From sequence record OV876907: DNA of 64,000 bases; one strand, 5' to 3'. This document shows, piece after piece, positions 16,951 to 26,655 of the stretch (position 1 is the stretch's first letter; every line of letters begins with the position of its first letter). Origin of the DNA: Escherichia phage UGJNEcP3. The notes beneath the pieces are model-generated. The model was not told the origin of the DNA. It did not search any database and was given only the letters and a program-made list of their open reading frames with translations. The position numbers and the translations under genes are program-made.

Positions 16951-17090
16951 AAGCCGAGCACCGTTATCGCAATGCAAAATAAAATTATTGAGATGAACCC
17001 ATCAGGAGTAGAAAAGAATCCTATCCAACAGGCTCGTGTGAATGTGTAGAATGCCATGAATAACACGACATATCCTAAAAGTAATTCCAT
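16947..17090 (-). CDS. Small hydrophobic protein upstream of 47
   Basis: 47 aa ORF found by hand (MELLLGYVVLFMAFYTFTRACWIGFFSTPDGFISIILFCIAITVLGL); SD GAGGAG; stop overlaps the gene 47 ATG (ATGA). Confidence 0.35.
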   Translation of the reverse strand: MELLLGYVVLFMAFYTFTRACWIGFFSTPDGFISIILFCIAITVLGL

Positions 17091-17133
17091 ATGTTCTCCT
17101 CAGTTGGTTCATTTTATCATCCGAATATAAAGC

Positions 17134-17155
17134 AAAAAAGGAGCCTAAGCTCCTT
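17134..17155 (-). terminator. Intrinsic terminator
   Basis: Minus strand GGAGC-TTAG-GCTCC followed by TTTTTT. Confidence 0.6.
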
Positions 17156-17318
17156 TACCAATTAATACGCCATACAGAGGTTCATGAGAAGACCTGAACT
17201 TGATAGGCTTATAGGTAATAGTACCTTCATTTTCCGCTTTAATACGAGCAGCTTCAAATTTAAGTATCATCTCATTTTTGTCAGATTTAATCTTATCAAA
17301 ATCCATCGAATTCGTCAT
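17142..17318 (-). CDS. Hypothetical small protein
   Basis: 58 aa ORF found by hand with SD AAGAGG; stop lies inside the terminator hairpin at about 17134-17155. Confidence 0.3.
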
Positions 17319-17590
17319 TCATAAAACCTCTTAAACTTTTTCGTATTCGTCATTCATAGCTTAAAAATCTGGATGTTCGTCTTTCATTAGCCACCTGTCC
17401 ATGTTATCATCGTTGCCACCACTTCTTAAGTTGATGTGAATCCACCCAAACCTTGGCTACAGGCTCAATCCGAAAAATTTCATCGGAATACTGCCCAACC
17501 ATTTTATATTCGGTTTCAGTCTGCTTAATACAAATATTACCGTATGAGCGAAGTCTGAAGGCGGCTCCAATAAGAAGCCGTTTAAAGGGT

Positions 17591-17902
17591 TTATTTACTA
17601 GCGCCATTGATAATTTCCCAAATCTGTTTACGCGTAGTTTCCCACATAACTCTAACGATTTCGTCAGTAGTTGGTTGACGGTAAATACCACGTAATTTAA
17701 TTATAGCATATTTGTAAGCTTCGAAATTGTTTTCGAGAACAGCGCCCTGAGCATGTGTATTAAGACGCTTAATTTCACGGGCATTCTTTTTAAGAATTTT
17801 GGCAGCTTGGGAAGCGGCTTCTTTAGCATTATTCTCTTCTAAACGCTTCTGGGCTTCTTCAATTTGCTCTTCGGTCAATTGAGAAATGTCGGTGCTTTGC
17901 AT
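17591..17902 (-). CDS. Hypothetical protein
   Basis: 103 aa ORF on the transcribed strand, charged and helical. Confidence 0.5.
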   Translation of the reverse strand: MQSTDISQLTEEQIEEAQKRLEENNAKEAASQAAKILKKNAREIKRLNTHAQGAVLENNFEAYKYAIIKLRGIYRQPTTDEIVRVMWETTRKQIWEIINGASK

Positions 17903-17903
17903 A

Positions 17904-18131
17904 TTAATCCTTGTAATTCAGTTTTATATAAAAATCTTCGTCGGTAACGTGATAGTTATAAGTTAATGTTCCTTTTTCAGCTTTAATTTCTACCGAATCA
18001 GGGTGTTTTGGGTCTATTACAATAGGAAGCTTGGCAATATCCTTAAGATACATTTTAAGAACATAAGGAATTGCCGAATACTCTCCATCTACTTCTTCTA
18101 AAAGGCCTACCAGGTTAATCTTGAGTTCCAT
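17904..18131 (-). CDS. Hypothetical protein
   Basis: Trimmed to first ATG ([11 protein letters not shown]); overlaps the gene 55 3' end by 17 nt. Confidence 0.4.
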   Translation of the reverse strand: MELKINLVGLLEEVDGEYSAIPYVLKMYLKDIAKLPIVIDPKHPDSVEIKAEKGTLTYNYHVTDEDFYIKLNYKD

Positions 18132-18672
18132 ATAAAAAATCCAGCTCACCAACTTTAGATTCGGCGCTCTTATCAGACCCTGGCGCTTTAACTAAAGAGG
18201 TTTCATACTGAGTCATTTTGTCGTAAATATCCTGGATAAAAGTTTCATCTGCGATACCTACCATGTCGTCGTCATTGGCGTCATAAACGTTATGGACGAA
18301 GTAGCTGTATTTCTTTGCCATTTCTTTACGTTCTTTCTTGATACGCTGAACAAAGGCATTAAAACAAGCCATAGTGATATATGCATGTGGGTTGTCGTAT
18401 TTTGTTTCGTCGAAGTTATGAAGACCTTTAATAGAGGCTTCGATTCCATCAGCAATCATTTCTTGCTTCCAAGATTGGGTATATCCGGAGAAGTTGAAAC
18501 GCTTAGAAAGGCCTTCAGCAATGAGCATAATAGCCAAGCCGATAACGTCGTTCTGACGAACTATTTTATTAGGGTCGGTATTTTCTCGGAGTTCTGTTTT
18601 CCACTGGGTAATGGCTTTCAGAAGCTCCTTATTATTTACATAGTTATTTTTAGTCAGTTTAATTTCGGTCAT
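18115..18672 (-). CDS. 55: Late-transcription sigma factor gp55
   Basis: 185 aa; long identical stretches to T4 gp55 ([48 protein letters not shown]). Confidence 0.95.
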   Translation of the reverse strand: MTEIKLTKNNYVNNKELLKAITQWKTELRENTDPNKIVRQNDVIGLAIMLIAEGLSKRFNFSGYTQSWKQEMIADGIEASIKGLHNFDETKYDNPHAYITMACFNAFVQRIKKERKEMAKKYSYFVHNVYDANDDDMVGIADETFIQDIYDKMTQYETSLVKAPGSDKSAESKVGELDFLYGTQD

Positions 18673-18738
18673 TGTTACCTCAGATAACTCAAATCATAGG
18701 TCTATTATATCATAGTATTTGGAGACCCGTTTAAAGCA

Positions 18739-19002
18739 TCAACGGAGTAAGCAATAAGCCTGAAATACTGTTTCAAGGATTTGTATGAACTCGGGATAAG
18801 AAATTGTATCAGTACATCCATGTTCGGACATATATCCGCAAAATTCTTTAAAAAGTTCCGGATAATCCCGATGGTTGTATTTGGAAATACGAGACTTCCA
18901 TACTAAAGAAGTCTCACCACAAACAAACTCAACATCCATACAGTTATCTATTAAGAAAAATCCGAGACCTTCATAAGCGAGGGTGGTGGATATGGGTTTC
19001 AT
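18739..19002 (-). CDS. Hypothetical protein
   Basis: 87 aa ORF. Confidence 0.45.
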   Translation of the reverse strand: MKPISTTLAYEGLGFFLIDNCMDVEFVCGETSLVWKSRISKYNHRDYPELFKEFCGYMSEHGCTDTISYPEFIQILETVFQAYCLLR

Positions 19003-19265
19003 TGTAGGAATCGAGCTCCTTCTAATGCATCATCAAGATTATCAAACTCATCGACGTAATCAATACCGCCAACTTCATCTTTAGCGTATAGCCAGTACCG
19101 TTTAAATTCATATTCGATAATAAAGTGGTCACCTTCAATCTGGAGAGCCCCATCACCATTAAATTGGACTGCATAACCTGTAAAGCGGACATCATTCAGG
19201 AGTTCTTCTTTCATAGCAATCATTTCCAAGTTTTTATCGTAATTAGAGAGTTTTATTTTAATCAT
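18999..19265 (-). CDS. Hypothetical protein
   Basis: 88 aa ORF, 4-nt overlap with neighbour. Confidence 0.45.
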   Translation of the reverse strand: MIKIKLSNYDKNLEMIAMKEELLNDVRFTGYAVQFNGDGALQIEGDHFIIEYEFKRYWLYAKDEVGGIDYVDEFDNLDDALEGARFLQ

Positions 19266-19506
19266 TTAAATAATCCTCAAATTCATTTAATGTCATGCCT
19301 TCATCCCAAGCTATTTTAGGATCCGGCATTTTCATATAAGTGGTCTTAGAGCTTATAGGAAATATCCTAAAATCGCGATGACTTCCACTTAGCATATTAG
19401 CCGCTTTTATAATGGTTTCACTATTATTCATCATAGGGGTACGTTGGAAACCGGCTAAAGCTTTAAGGACTATTATAACCGATACATCTTCAGGCAAATT
19501 ACTCAT
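19258..19506 (-). CDS. Hypothetical protein
   Basis: 82 aa ORF. Confidence 0.45.
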   Translation of the reverse strand: MSNLPEDVSVIIVLKALAGFQRTPMMNNSETIIKAANMLSGSHRDFRIFPISSKTTYMKMPDPKIAWDEGMTLNEFEDYLND

Positions 19507-19832
19507 TTAGCTGCCTTAACAATTTTCAGGTCAACGAATTTTTTCTTACGTTGATTCTTCATACGACGGATGGTTTTGTCTGTGATTTCACCTGGCTGCC
19601 AAGCTTTAGATTCGACACCAAAGGCGGCCACATCAAACTCGTCGAGAATATATTGAACCAGGATTTCACGAATACCGTTCTTACCAATTTTTTGGTCTTT
19701 AGAGTGCATGATTGGTAACAGTTCAGCAACCCATTGGTCAAGAACCTGAGGAGTTACAAAGCCAGTTTTCATCAGTTCATTAACTTTATCGAAAGCGAAA
19801 GAGTTCAGTACGTTTTTAATAGCTTGTGACAT
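19503..19832 (-). CDS. Hypothetical protein
   Basis: 109 aa ORF, basic C-terminus. Confidence 0.5.
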   Translation of the reverse strand: MSQAIKNVLNSFAFDKVNELMKTGFVTPQVLDQWVAELLPIMHSKDQKIGKNGIREILVQYILDEFDVAAFGVESKAWQPGEITDKTIRRMKNQRKKKFVDLKIVKAAK

Positions 19833-19901
19833 AATAATTTCCTCAGTTTAAAAATTTATAATCCGTAGGACCATTATACTCTGGTCCCAAGAGTTTGTAA
19901 A

Positions 19902-20102
19902 CTATTTTTGTGCTAATGCACCTTTCCAACCTTCATACATCATTGCGGCTGATATTAATATTGCTCCTGCGCATTTTGAATATTTGTTATTCCAAAACCA
20001 GTTTAGAAAAACTTCGTCATCAATACCTTGAGCTATCATATTTTCAAAGAACTGACGACGGGCTTCAGCAATTCGTTGTGATAATTTAGATTCAGGATTC
20101 AT
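19902..20102 (-). CDS. Hypothetical protein
   Basis: 66 aa ORF. Confidence 0.4.
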   Translation of the reverse strand: MNPESKLSQRIAEARRQFFENMIAQGIDDEVFLNWFWNNKYSKCAGAILISAAMMYEGWKGALAQK

Positions 20103-20234
20103 TTAAATTTTCCAGTTGCCGTTTTCATCAATAAATTTAATCCAGTCATTTACTGACCACTTAGTCGTATCGCCTTTTGGAGTAACATTTAAAGTGTATA
20201 ATCCTTGTTTAAAAAGCATACGTTTGATATTCAT
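20103..20234 (-). CDS. Hypothetical small protein
   Basis: Trimmed to the internal ATG (MNIKRMLF) with SD GAGGAAAA; this removes the overlap with 20242..20535. Confidence 0.35.
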   Translation of the reverse strand: MNIKRMLFKQGLYTLNVTPKGDTTKWSVNDWIKFIDENGNWKI

Positions 20235-20241
20235 ATTTTCC

Positions 20242-20535
20242 TCAGCTGTAACGATAGCATTCGTTTGATTTACGTTTTGCAACTCGATGAGAAGTATTGT
20301 AATCGGGTTCATCGTCGCTGTAAACATCTTTTTTCAGTTTTCTCACTTCTTTACGAAGTTGGCGGTTCATTTCATTCTTAACTTCAGAATCAACGCCGCT
20401 AAAGCGTTTCCATTTATCTGACCGGAAGATATTTTCATTCAAAGTTTCTTCCGATACGCCATCAGGTGCTTTACGTCTAGCAATGCAATTAAAATCTCTA
20501 GATGGCAATTCTTTACGACGGATAGTTTTACCCAT
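20242..20535 (-). CDS. Hypothetical basic protein
   Basis: 97 aa, Lys/Arg-rich. Confidence 0.45.
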   Translation of the reverse strand: MGKTIRRKELPSRDFNCIARRKAPDGVSEETLNENIFRSDKWKRFSGVDSEVKNEMNRQLRKEVRKLKKDVYSDDEPDYNTSHRVAKRKSNECYRYS

Positions 20536-20537
20536 AG

Positions 20538-20792
20538 TTACCTCAACAGTTTGTATCCAATAAGGTTTTTAATGTACTGGATGTCTTTGATATCCAAATC
20601 CAACTTAAGGTCTTTCAGACGGTCGGCCAGGGTCAAAAAGGTTACATGCTTCCAATTCTTAACAGGACAGCAATAAGTCTTAGGACCATTTGCAATTTCA
20701 ATATTCTTATCAGTGACGGTGAGAAAAATTAGGCGCTCATCATCCAGATTAAGGGTGATGACATTTTTCATTGAATGCAATTTCAGGCTCAT
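20538..20792 (-). CDS. Hypothetical protein
   Basis: 84 aa ORF. Confidence 0.45.
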   Translation of the reverse strand: MSLKLHSMKNVITLNLDDERLIFLTVTDKNIEIANGPKTYCCPVKNWKHVTFLTLADRLKDLKLDLDIKDIQYIKNLIGYKLLR

Positions 20793-20965
20793 AATTTAAT
20801 TTCCTTAGCTATCGAACAAAATACACCACGGTCACAAATCATTTTAATATTAAGGTCAATTATGGTATACCACACGTCTAGGCTAGATATTTCAGTTACT
20901 AGAACAGCTTTGCCGTTGATTGAATAATACTGGTTGACTTTAATTTCTTTATCTTGGATAGTCAT
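20789..20965 (-). CDS. Hypothetical small protein
   Basis: About 58 aa ORF found by hand (MTIQDKEIKVNQYYSING); SD GAGGAG; stop overlaps the next ATG. Confidence 0.35.
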   Translation of the reverse strand: MTIQDKEIKVNQYYSINGKAVLVTEISSLDVWYTIIDLNIKMICDRGVFCSIAKEIKL

Positions 20966-21024
20966 AATGTTCTCCTCATGTGTTGATAGGATAGACTATA
21001 ACACGTGAGGAGAGGAAGTAAACA

Positions 21025-21348
21025 CTAATCTTCAATTAAATCTCGGTCATAGCCAAGCTCAATCAAAAGGGATTTGAAGGCAGGAATATTTTCTATTTTC
21101 TTATTATCAACAAAGATTACAGGATAGCGTATAGCTAAGCTCTTGAAGCCGGCACGTTTGGCCAATGATACTATAAGAGGCTTGTCATATACTGCGCCTG
21201 ACGGCGTCTGGTTAATCACAGGATAGAAAGTATGTGGGATAGAAAGGGAATTTAGGAGCGATAGAACTGCAATGCACCCTGGACAGCGCATGACTGCCTC
21301 AGGGATACCGTAAATCTCAATTTTAGTTAACTTTTGGTCCACAGGAAA
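21025..21348 (-). CDS. nrdH: Glutaredoxin-like protein (NrdH-like)
   Basis: CPGC redox motif after KIEIYGIP; start placed at a GTG with AAGGAG 9 nt upstream, because the ORF-track extension overlaps the upstream gene. Confidence 0.6.
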   Translation of the reverse strand, partial: FPVDQKLTKIEIYGIPEAVMRCPGCIAVLSLLNSLSIPHTFYPVINQTPSGAVYDKPLIVSLAKRAGFKSLAIRYPVIFVDNKKIENIPAFKSLLIELGYDRDLIED

Positions 21349-21619
21349 TAACTCCTTGGTAGTCCCAAGTTTTGATAACTTCGTCTTCATTAGTTCCGTA
21401 TGGGACGTAAATCTGGATAAGGAAACCCGTGTCATCAAAAGAGAAATAAACCGTTGGTTTAATACCATGAATCTCTGACAGAGCATAGATGTCCTTAAGG
21501 TCGTCTTCCTTACCTTTAAAGAATTCAGGGTTCAGGTCACAGTCATGGAAGTACCAGTCATTACCGAACTTGTCCCATGCGGTCCAATTCAAAGCTACAT
21601 ACTCTTCAAAACGTTTCAT
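21323..21619 (-). CDS. Hypothetical protein
   Basis: 98 aa ORF. Confidence 0.5.
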   Translation of the reverse strand: MKRFEEYVALNWTAWDKFGNDWYFHDCDLNPEFFKGKEDDLKDIYALSEIHGIKPTVYFSFDDTGFLIQIYVPYGTNEDEVIKTWDYQGVISCGPKVN

Positions 21620-21843
21620 TCTTTCACCTTCATCATTTTAGAAATAACACTATGAACAGCCTGGATTCGTTTGTCGAACTCAGTCCCTTCAAGACCCTTT
21701 TCAGTACTCAATGCACCAATAATAACGAACAGCACTCCAAATGGGATAACCAGGATTAAAAGGCACACAATAAACAGGACAAATGTAATATTGGCCAGGA
21801 TATCAGAAGCAGCATTACGAAATTTATTCATACGATAGTCCAT
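21616..21843 (-). CDS. Hypothetical membrane protein
   Basis: 75 aa with one long hydrophobic segment. Confidence 0.45.
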   Translation of the reverse strand: MDYRMNKFRNAASDILANITFVLFIVCLLILVIPFGVLFVIIGALSTEKGLEGTEFDKRIQAVHSVISKMMKVKE

Positions 21844-21937
21844 GTATTAGTTACAACAAATAACCATTGAGCAGGATACTCAACACCCATGCGCCGGATA
21901 ATATCGTTCATAGATTCGGTTAAGGCATAAAAATTAA

Positions 21938-22411
21938 TCATTTAAGCGATTTCCTCAGTTGTTTTTTAAATGAATCGACCATTTGTTTCTTTGTGTCAGA
22001 TTCATTATAAGTCATTCCGTGTGAAAGCATTTCAGCAATCATTTCTTCCTTACCTAATCTACTGAACTCTTTGGTTTTATCAGGAACGAAATTAGGATGG
22101 ATATTGTTTTCAGTATAATCAGATTTCAGATAGACAAGCAAATTCTCTAACCATTCGAGGTAGTCAACGTTTTGACCTTTAAGACCAGAGCGGTTAAACT
22201 TATGCTTCATTTGTCCTTCTGCGGCATTACACAGGTTGCATAGTAACCCACGAACCTTACCAGCTTTTGGCCCGTTTAATTCGTGGTCATGGTCAAGGTG
22301 GTTGCTTTGAACATCAGGGTTTAATTCACGGGTACAGATTAAACACTTACCATCCTGTGCATCATAAAGTTTTTGTTTTTCTTCTTTGTATAATTTACCA
22401 GTCAACAACAT
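21938..22411 (-). CDS. 49: Endonuclease VII (Holliday-junction resolvase) gp49
   Basis: 157 aa; MLLTGKLYKEEKQKLYDAQDGKCLICTRELNPDVQSNHLDHDHELNGPKAGKVRGLLCNLCN is near-identical to T4 endo VII as recalled. Confidence 0.95.
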   Translation of the reverse strand: MLLTGKLYKEEKQKLYDAQDGKCLICTRELNPDVQSNHLDHDHELNGPKAGKVRGLLCNLCNAAEGQMKHKFNRSGLKGQNVDYLEWLENLLVYLKSDYTENNIHPNFVPDKTKEFSRLGKEEMIAEMLSHGMTYNESDTKKQMVDSFKKQLRKSLK

Positions 22412-22622
22412 AATAAACCCTTACCTGTATTAGATAAGGGTATTTATTAAACATTATAAAATGAGCGATGCAACCGTTTAAATTGACGAATCATCTTTTT
22501 AGTAGGACGAGTATACAATCCAATACAGGTGGCCATAAACTGGTCGGTAGGACTTCCTTTAATAAGAAGTTTCCAGACTTTGTCACCATTTAACTTTTCG
22601 GTATAGACTAATTTAGTTTTCA

Positions 22623-23051
22623 TCAGAATGCCTCATCAGAATAGCGAAGTTGAGCTTCAAGCCAATGGATATAATCAGCTGCGGCAGCAATCAGATTTGA
22701 TTCCTGGTCTGGTAATGAACCGGAATCTGCTAGTTCATAAAGTGAATTCTCAATCAAACGACCTTTATGACGTCCTGGGTGGTGACGTTCTTCAAATTCT
22801 TCAACTTCTTTAAGTTGATTCATTGTGGCATTGCAATAGAAGCACCAGAAGCAAGATTCGCGACTATTTACATGGAGATACACGCCATTCTTAATTTTAA
22901 CAGAAGTAATACCATCCGCATAATCAAGGTCACGAGCGGCAGTGGTAATAACCTTGAATACAACACCCTTCTTCAATTCAGGAAACTGCATCAGCAACTC
23001 TTCATCGTCGGCGATGATTTCAAATACTTTATTCACTAAATTCATACCCAA
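22623..23051 (-). CDS. Hypothetical protein
   Basis: 142 aa ORF. Confidence 0.5.
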   Translation of the reverse strand: MGMNLVNKVFEIIADDEELLMQFPELKKGVVFKVITTAARDLDYADGITSVKIKNGVYLHVNSRESCFWCFYCNATMNQLKEVEEFEERHHPGRHKGRLIENSLYELADSGSLPDQESNLIAAAADYIHWLEAQLRYSDEAF

Positions 23052-23161
23052 ACTCCATATCGATTAAATCATTGTTTGAAGGTTCATTATAATCTATTTC
23101 GGAACCGTTGTAAACCGGTTCCTCTGGCTCGGTAGTTTCCCACCGAGCGACATACCACGGC

Positions 23162-23470
23162 TTAACGGTCACACCACCAACTCGATACTTCAAAATCAGG
23201 CTCGCCGTTTTCCCAATACCAAGGGCCAACTGGATGCCAATCGCCATGCTCATCTTCTTCAAATTCTTCAGATTCTAGCCCAACGTATTGCCATTGGACT
23301 TCATAAGCAGTGCCACCGATTACAACAGTATTCTCGCCATATGGGTTAGCCACAACAAAATCAATACCTTCTGCTTTAGCCAACCAAACCATATATTCGT
23401 ATAGCTTATATTCCAGGTCATCTTCGGTACCATCACCTAGAAAAATAGTCTGTTCATTTAATTCAATCAT
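23162..23470 (-). CDS. Hypothetical acidic protein
   Basis: 102 aa, Trp- and acid-rich. Confidence 0.45.
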   Translation of the reverse strand: MIELNEQTIFLGDGTEDDLEYKLYEYMVWLAKAEGIDFVVANPYGENTVVIGGTAYEVQWQYVGLESEEFEEDEHGDWHPVGPWYWENGEPDFEVSSWWCDR

Positions 23471-23712
23471 AACTCCGCCATAAATTCAAATAGTTGGTCA
23501 CGTACACAGGTATCAGTCCAGCCCCATTCGGTGGCTTCTTCTTTTAACCAAACCGGGAGATTTGCCAATACGGTTTCTTTACTAGGGGCAGGAGTATCAA
23601 ACTCTCCTGCGCAGGTTTCATAAGCTGTATCAAATTCAGTCATTTGAAGTTCCAGAATGAAGCACCAACCAGAAATAAAGGCCAACAAATCATTGACGTC
23701 AACCACCAACAA
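23467..23712 (-). CDS. Hypothetical protein
   Basis: 81 aa ORF. Confidence 0.45.
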   Translation of the reverse strand: MLVVDVNDLLAFISGWCFILELQMTEFDTAYETCAGEFDTPAPSKETVLANLPVWLKEEATEWGWTDTCVRDQLFEFMAEL

Positions 23713-23797
23713 AAATCACCGGAATCATCCAATTTAGCTAGGGTCTTAGCATAACCAATGCCAATGATAAGATACAAAATAACTAATGATAATTCAA

Positions 23798-24061
23798 TCA
23801 TTTGAAATATGCTCGCAGTTGGTCAAAGCCGCCAATAGAAGTTCCGTCCGGAGCAAATACCTGAGGCATAGTCAAACCCACCTGAGATTCACGTCCAAGA
23901 GCGGCCAGGAGTTCAGCAATCTTCTCATCATCAAACACACCTTTTTCTGGCATAATGTTGATGAATTCGTAAGGTTGTTTCTTAACATCCAAAAAACGTT
24001 TAGCATTATCACAGAAAACACAACGATGAATATTTGAATCATAACCATAAATTTTAAACAT
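23798..24061 (-). CDS. nrdC: Thioredoxin/glutaredoxin NrdC
   Basis: 87 aa; KIYGYDSNIHRCVFCDNAKR...MPQVFAPDG closely matches T4 NrdC as recalled. Confidence 0.93.
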   Translation of the reverse strand: MFKIYGYDSNIHRCVFCDNAKRFLDVKKQPYEFINIMPEKGVFDDEKIAELLAALGRESQVGLTMPQVFAPDGTSIGGFDQLRAYFK

Positions 24062-24062
24062 T

Positions 24063-24299
24063 TTAAATTCCTAATACTTGTTTGAAGGTCTCAGTATAAT
24101 CCGGGTATTGACCGGTTTGTTCTTTATGTTTGTCCATAATATCATAAACTTCTGAACGCATATTATTATATGAGCGAGTTAAAGCAGATTTCAATACTGA
24201 ATAACTGTCTGGGAATTTACCATGCTCTTTATAATAAGCCAGAGTAAGTTCACGAACCGCCTTATCGGCGGCCTCTACATATTCTTTACGCTTTGCCAT
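24063..24299 (-). CDS. Hypothetical protein
   Basis: Trimmed to the internal ATG ([13 protein letters not shown]) to limit overlap with 24286..24507. Confidence 0.4.
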   Translation of the reverse strand: MAKRKEYVEAADKAVRELTLAYYKEHGKFPDSYSVLKSALTRSYNNMRSEVYDIMDKHKEQTGQYPDYTETFKQVLGI

Positions 24300-24507
24300 T
24301 ATCTTCTCGCTCAAATTTATGTTTGCAATGTCGGCATTTGTAACGAAGATTACTAGACTGCCAATGGACCAGTTGGACTTGTTCGGTTCCGCATTCCGGA
24401 CAGTTAGGAACATTCTTGGAAGCTTGTTCACGGCGATGAACCATAGCCATCACAGCATCCCAATCAGGAATAGTTTGGTCAATATCGTCAGCTAATTGAT
24501 ATTTCAT
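24286..24507 (-). CDS. Zinc-ribbon protein
   Basis: 73 aa with CPECG...CRHCKHKF (two CxxC pairs). Confidence 0.5.
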   Translation of the reverse strand: MKYQLADDIDQTIPDWDAVMAMVHRREQASKNVPNCPECGTEQVQLVHWQSSNLRYKCRHCKHKFEREDNGKA

Positions 24508-25514
24508 TTCAACAGCTCCAGAGCTTGTTCAAGGCGGTCTAAACGATTAGTAGACTCTTCCCAAAGTTTCTTGGCAGCAGTATATTGTCCAGTCAGTTTT
24601 TTGTTAATAGCAAGGGCGTCTTTATACGCTTTTTCCAGAGCAACGACTTCTGGTAACTTGGATTTAGTAATTGGTGTAGGGACCATGATAGGGCTGTTCA
24701 AGTCGTTAATCAAGTCTTCTAATGTAGCAGGCTCTTTATCAGTATTCACAATTTCCTCACATTTTTCTTGGTAAATTTCAGCATCGGTTTTTGGAACATG
24801 ACATTTGATTTCACGGACTGTTACTAAAACTTCATATCCTTTCCAGCCTAAGTGGTGTTTAACTTCTTGGGTCTCATATTTCTCTACGGTATCCATCAGA
24901 GCTAAAGCCTGTTCGATAGTATTCAAGGTATCGTAAGCAATATCTTGATACTTTACAACTTCTGGCTCATCTTTAGGTTTCCGGTTTGGTGACCAGATAA
25001 CGGAAATAAGCACCTTTCCTTTATAGGCGTTTGTTTTAATCATGCAATTTGCCATAGGATGAATGGTGCGGCTATCACCAGCAACTACTGTTTTAGTGGC
25101 GGCTTTGAGGATTAATGCAGAGTTAGCCTTGAATTCAGCGGCCCAACGTTGTGGAAATAAACTACTAGGGTCCATACCTTTAATTTTGACATAACCTTTT
25201 ATGGTATCGCCAAACCATTTGTAGCTAACAACATGGCTAGAACCAGGATATTTCTCTCTACCAAACTCAGAAAGGATGTCCTTATTGACCAGCCGCGAAA
25301 GCAGTCGAGAACCTTTAAATGTATCTACGATATCATTAATAAACAAGCGACCCGCGATCTTTTCGATTTCAGCTTTGAAACAGCGCGATAATGCATCATC
25401 AATTTGGTCGACCCATTTATTGATATTAGAAACTATTACCACATATGGGGTTAATGGAGGGGTATTGGCAGTGATATACGTAGTAAAGGCATTGATGTAT
25501 TCGGTACGAGTCAT
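24504..25514 (-). CDS. Hypothetical protein with C-terminal coiled coil
   Basis: 336 aa ORF; SD GAGGAG; promoter cassette upstream. Confidence 0.6.
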   Translation of the reverse strand: MTRTEYINAFTTYITANTPPLTPYVVIVSNINKWVDQIDDALSRCFKAEIEKIAGRLFINDIVDTFKGSRLLSRLVNKDILSEFGREKYPGSSHVVSYKWFGDTIKGYVKIKGMDPSSLFPQRWAAEFKANSALILKAATKTVVAGDSRTIHPMANCMIKTNAYKGKVLISVIWSPNRKPKDEPEVVKYQDIAYDTLNTIEQALALMDTVEKYETQEVKHHLGWKGYEVLVTVREIKCHVPKTDAEIYQEKCEEIVNTDKEPATLEDLINDLNSPIMVPTPITKSKLPEVVALEKAYKDALAINKKLTGQYTAAKKLWEESTNRLDRLEQALELLK

Positions 25515-25571
25515 GATATTCTCCTCAAGTTGATAGAAAGATTATACTCCATCCGTCCTTGGATGTAAACA

Positions 25572-26477
25572 TTATTTTAGAGCTAATACTGCAGCGCGAA
25601 GCTTATCACGTTGGAGTTCCATGTTCTTGATGCGAATCAATACGTCTTGAATGCTCTTTTTCTCATCTTCAATCTGACCATTTAAACGGTGGATTGATTC
25701 CTGAATGCTATCTGCATAATAGGTCTCAATAGGTTTCATCGTAGGGTTAGTAACAACCAAAGAATTATCAGGTTTAATTTTCCAATGATATGGTTCGGAA
25801 TTGAATGGACTAGGCACAGCAGTGGTTTTGAATTTGTCATAGGCTGCATACTGGGCTACACTGTCACATGATACTGTAGAGGTAGCGATAGATATACGAC
25901 GTTCCATTTGTGGGTCCTTTTGTTGGGATTGATAAGGGGCATAAGACAAAAGATATTCACGAGTTAGTTTAACATTAAAATACACCGCATCAGCCCGTCC
26001 AGAACAATCAGCATATTCATCGGTTGTAACTTTATATGATTCTACGGCCTTAATACGAGTCATTGCTTCTCTGAATAAGGTTTCGAATGCTTCACGAAGG
26101 GCCTTATTACCTTTTGAGGTAGGACGGAAACGAACTTGAATACCGTCAGCCAGAATATTAATGACTAGGTTACGAGCCGTAAAATTAATACTTTTGATAT
26201 TAACAGGAACCGTAGAAATACGTCCTGCGGTAGCCAAGAGGTCTTTGATATTAGCCCGCAATGTTGCACCAAACAGGTGGGCTGGGCAACGGCAATAATC
26301 GTTCAAAGAACCGATATAAGTTCCTTTACGTCCTACACCATAAGTATAATTACCATTACGAATATAGCCAAAGTCGGCTAGCCGATCGATAGCGATACGA
26401 CGAGTCGTGTCATGGTCGTATATAGAGTATTCTTTACGTGTTTTAATGTTCATATTAAAGTCCAAATAATTTTTCAT
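25572..26477 (-). CDS. Hypothetical protein
   Basis: 301 aa ORF. Confidence 0.6.
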   Translation of the reverse strand: MKNYLDFNMNIKTRKEYSIYDHDTTRRIAIDRLADFGYIRNGNYTYGVGRKGTYIGSLNDYCRCPAHLFGATLRANIKDLLATAGRISTVPVNIKSINFTARNLVINILADGIQVRFRPTSKGNKALREAFETLFREAMTRIKAVESYKVTTDEYADCSGRADAVYFNVKLTREYLLSYAPYQSQQKDPQMERRISIATSTVSCDSVAQYAAYDKFKTTAVPSPFNSEPYHWKIKPDNSLVVTNPTMKPIETYYADSIQESIHRLNGQIEDEKKSIQDVLIRIKNMELQRDKLRAAVLALK

Positions 26478-26655
26478 AGAATTTAGCGATTGGCCAGGTT
26501 ATAATAAAAACTATCCCAAACATAACAAGAACTGGCCAGATAAAGGTGGCAAACACTGCTTCACCACCTGAGTTAATTTCCATATGATTACGACCAATAA
26601 GGACAGTAATGAATCCTAATGCAAGGTACAGAAGAATAAAACCTGCGATTTCCAT
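26455..26655 (-). CDS. Hypothetical membrane protein
   Basis: 66 aa, two hydrophobic segments. Confidence 0.45.
   Translation of the reverse strand: MEIAGFILLYLALGFITVLIGRNHMEINSGGEAVFATFIWPVLVMFGIVFIITWPIAKFYEKLFGL

Noticed and set aside
17407-17691. 94 aa ORF overlapping the 3' end of 17591-17902.
   Set aside because: Overlaps a better-supported gene by about 100 nt; possible shorter versions lack a convincing start.
18725-18745. MotA-box-like GATGCTTTAAA upstream of gene 55.
   Set aside because: Spacing to the -10 element is about 22 bp, too long for a MotA middle promoter; the extended -10 TGATATAAT alone explains the promoter.
23029-23262. 77 aa ORF overlapping 23162-23470 by about 100 nt.
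   Set aside because: No internal start removes the overlap and no motif supports it; left uncalled.
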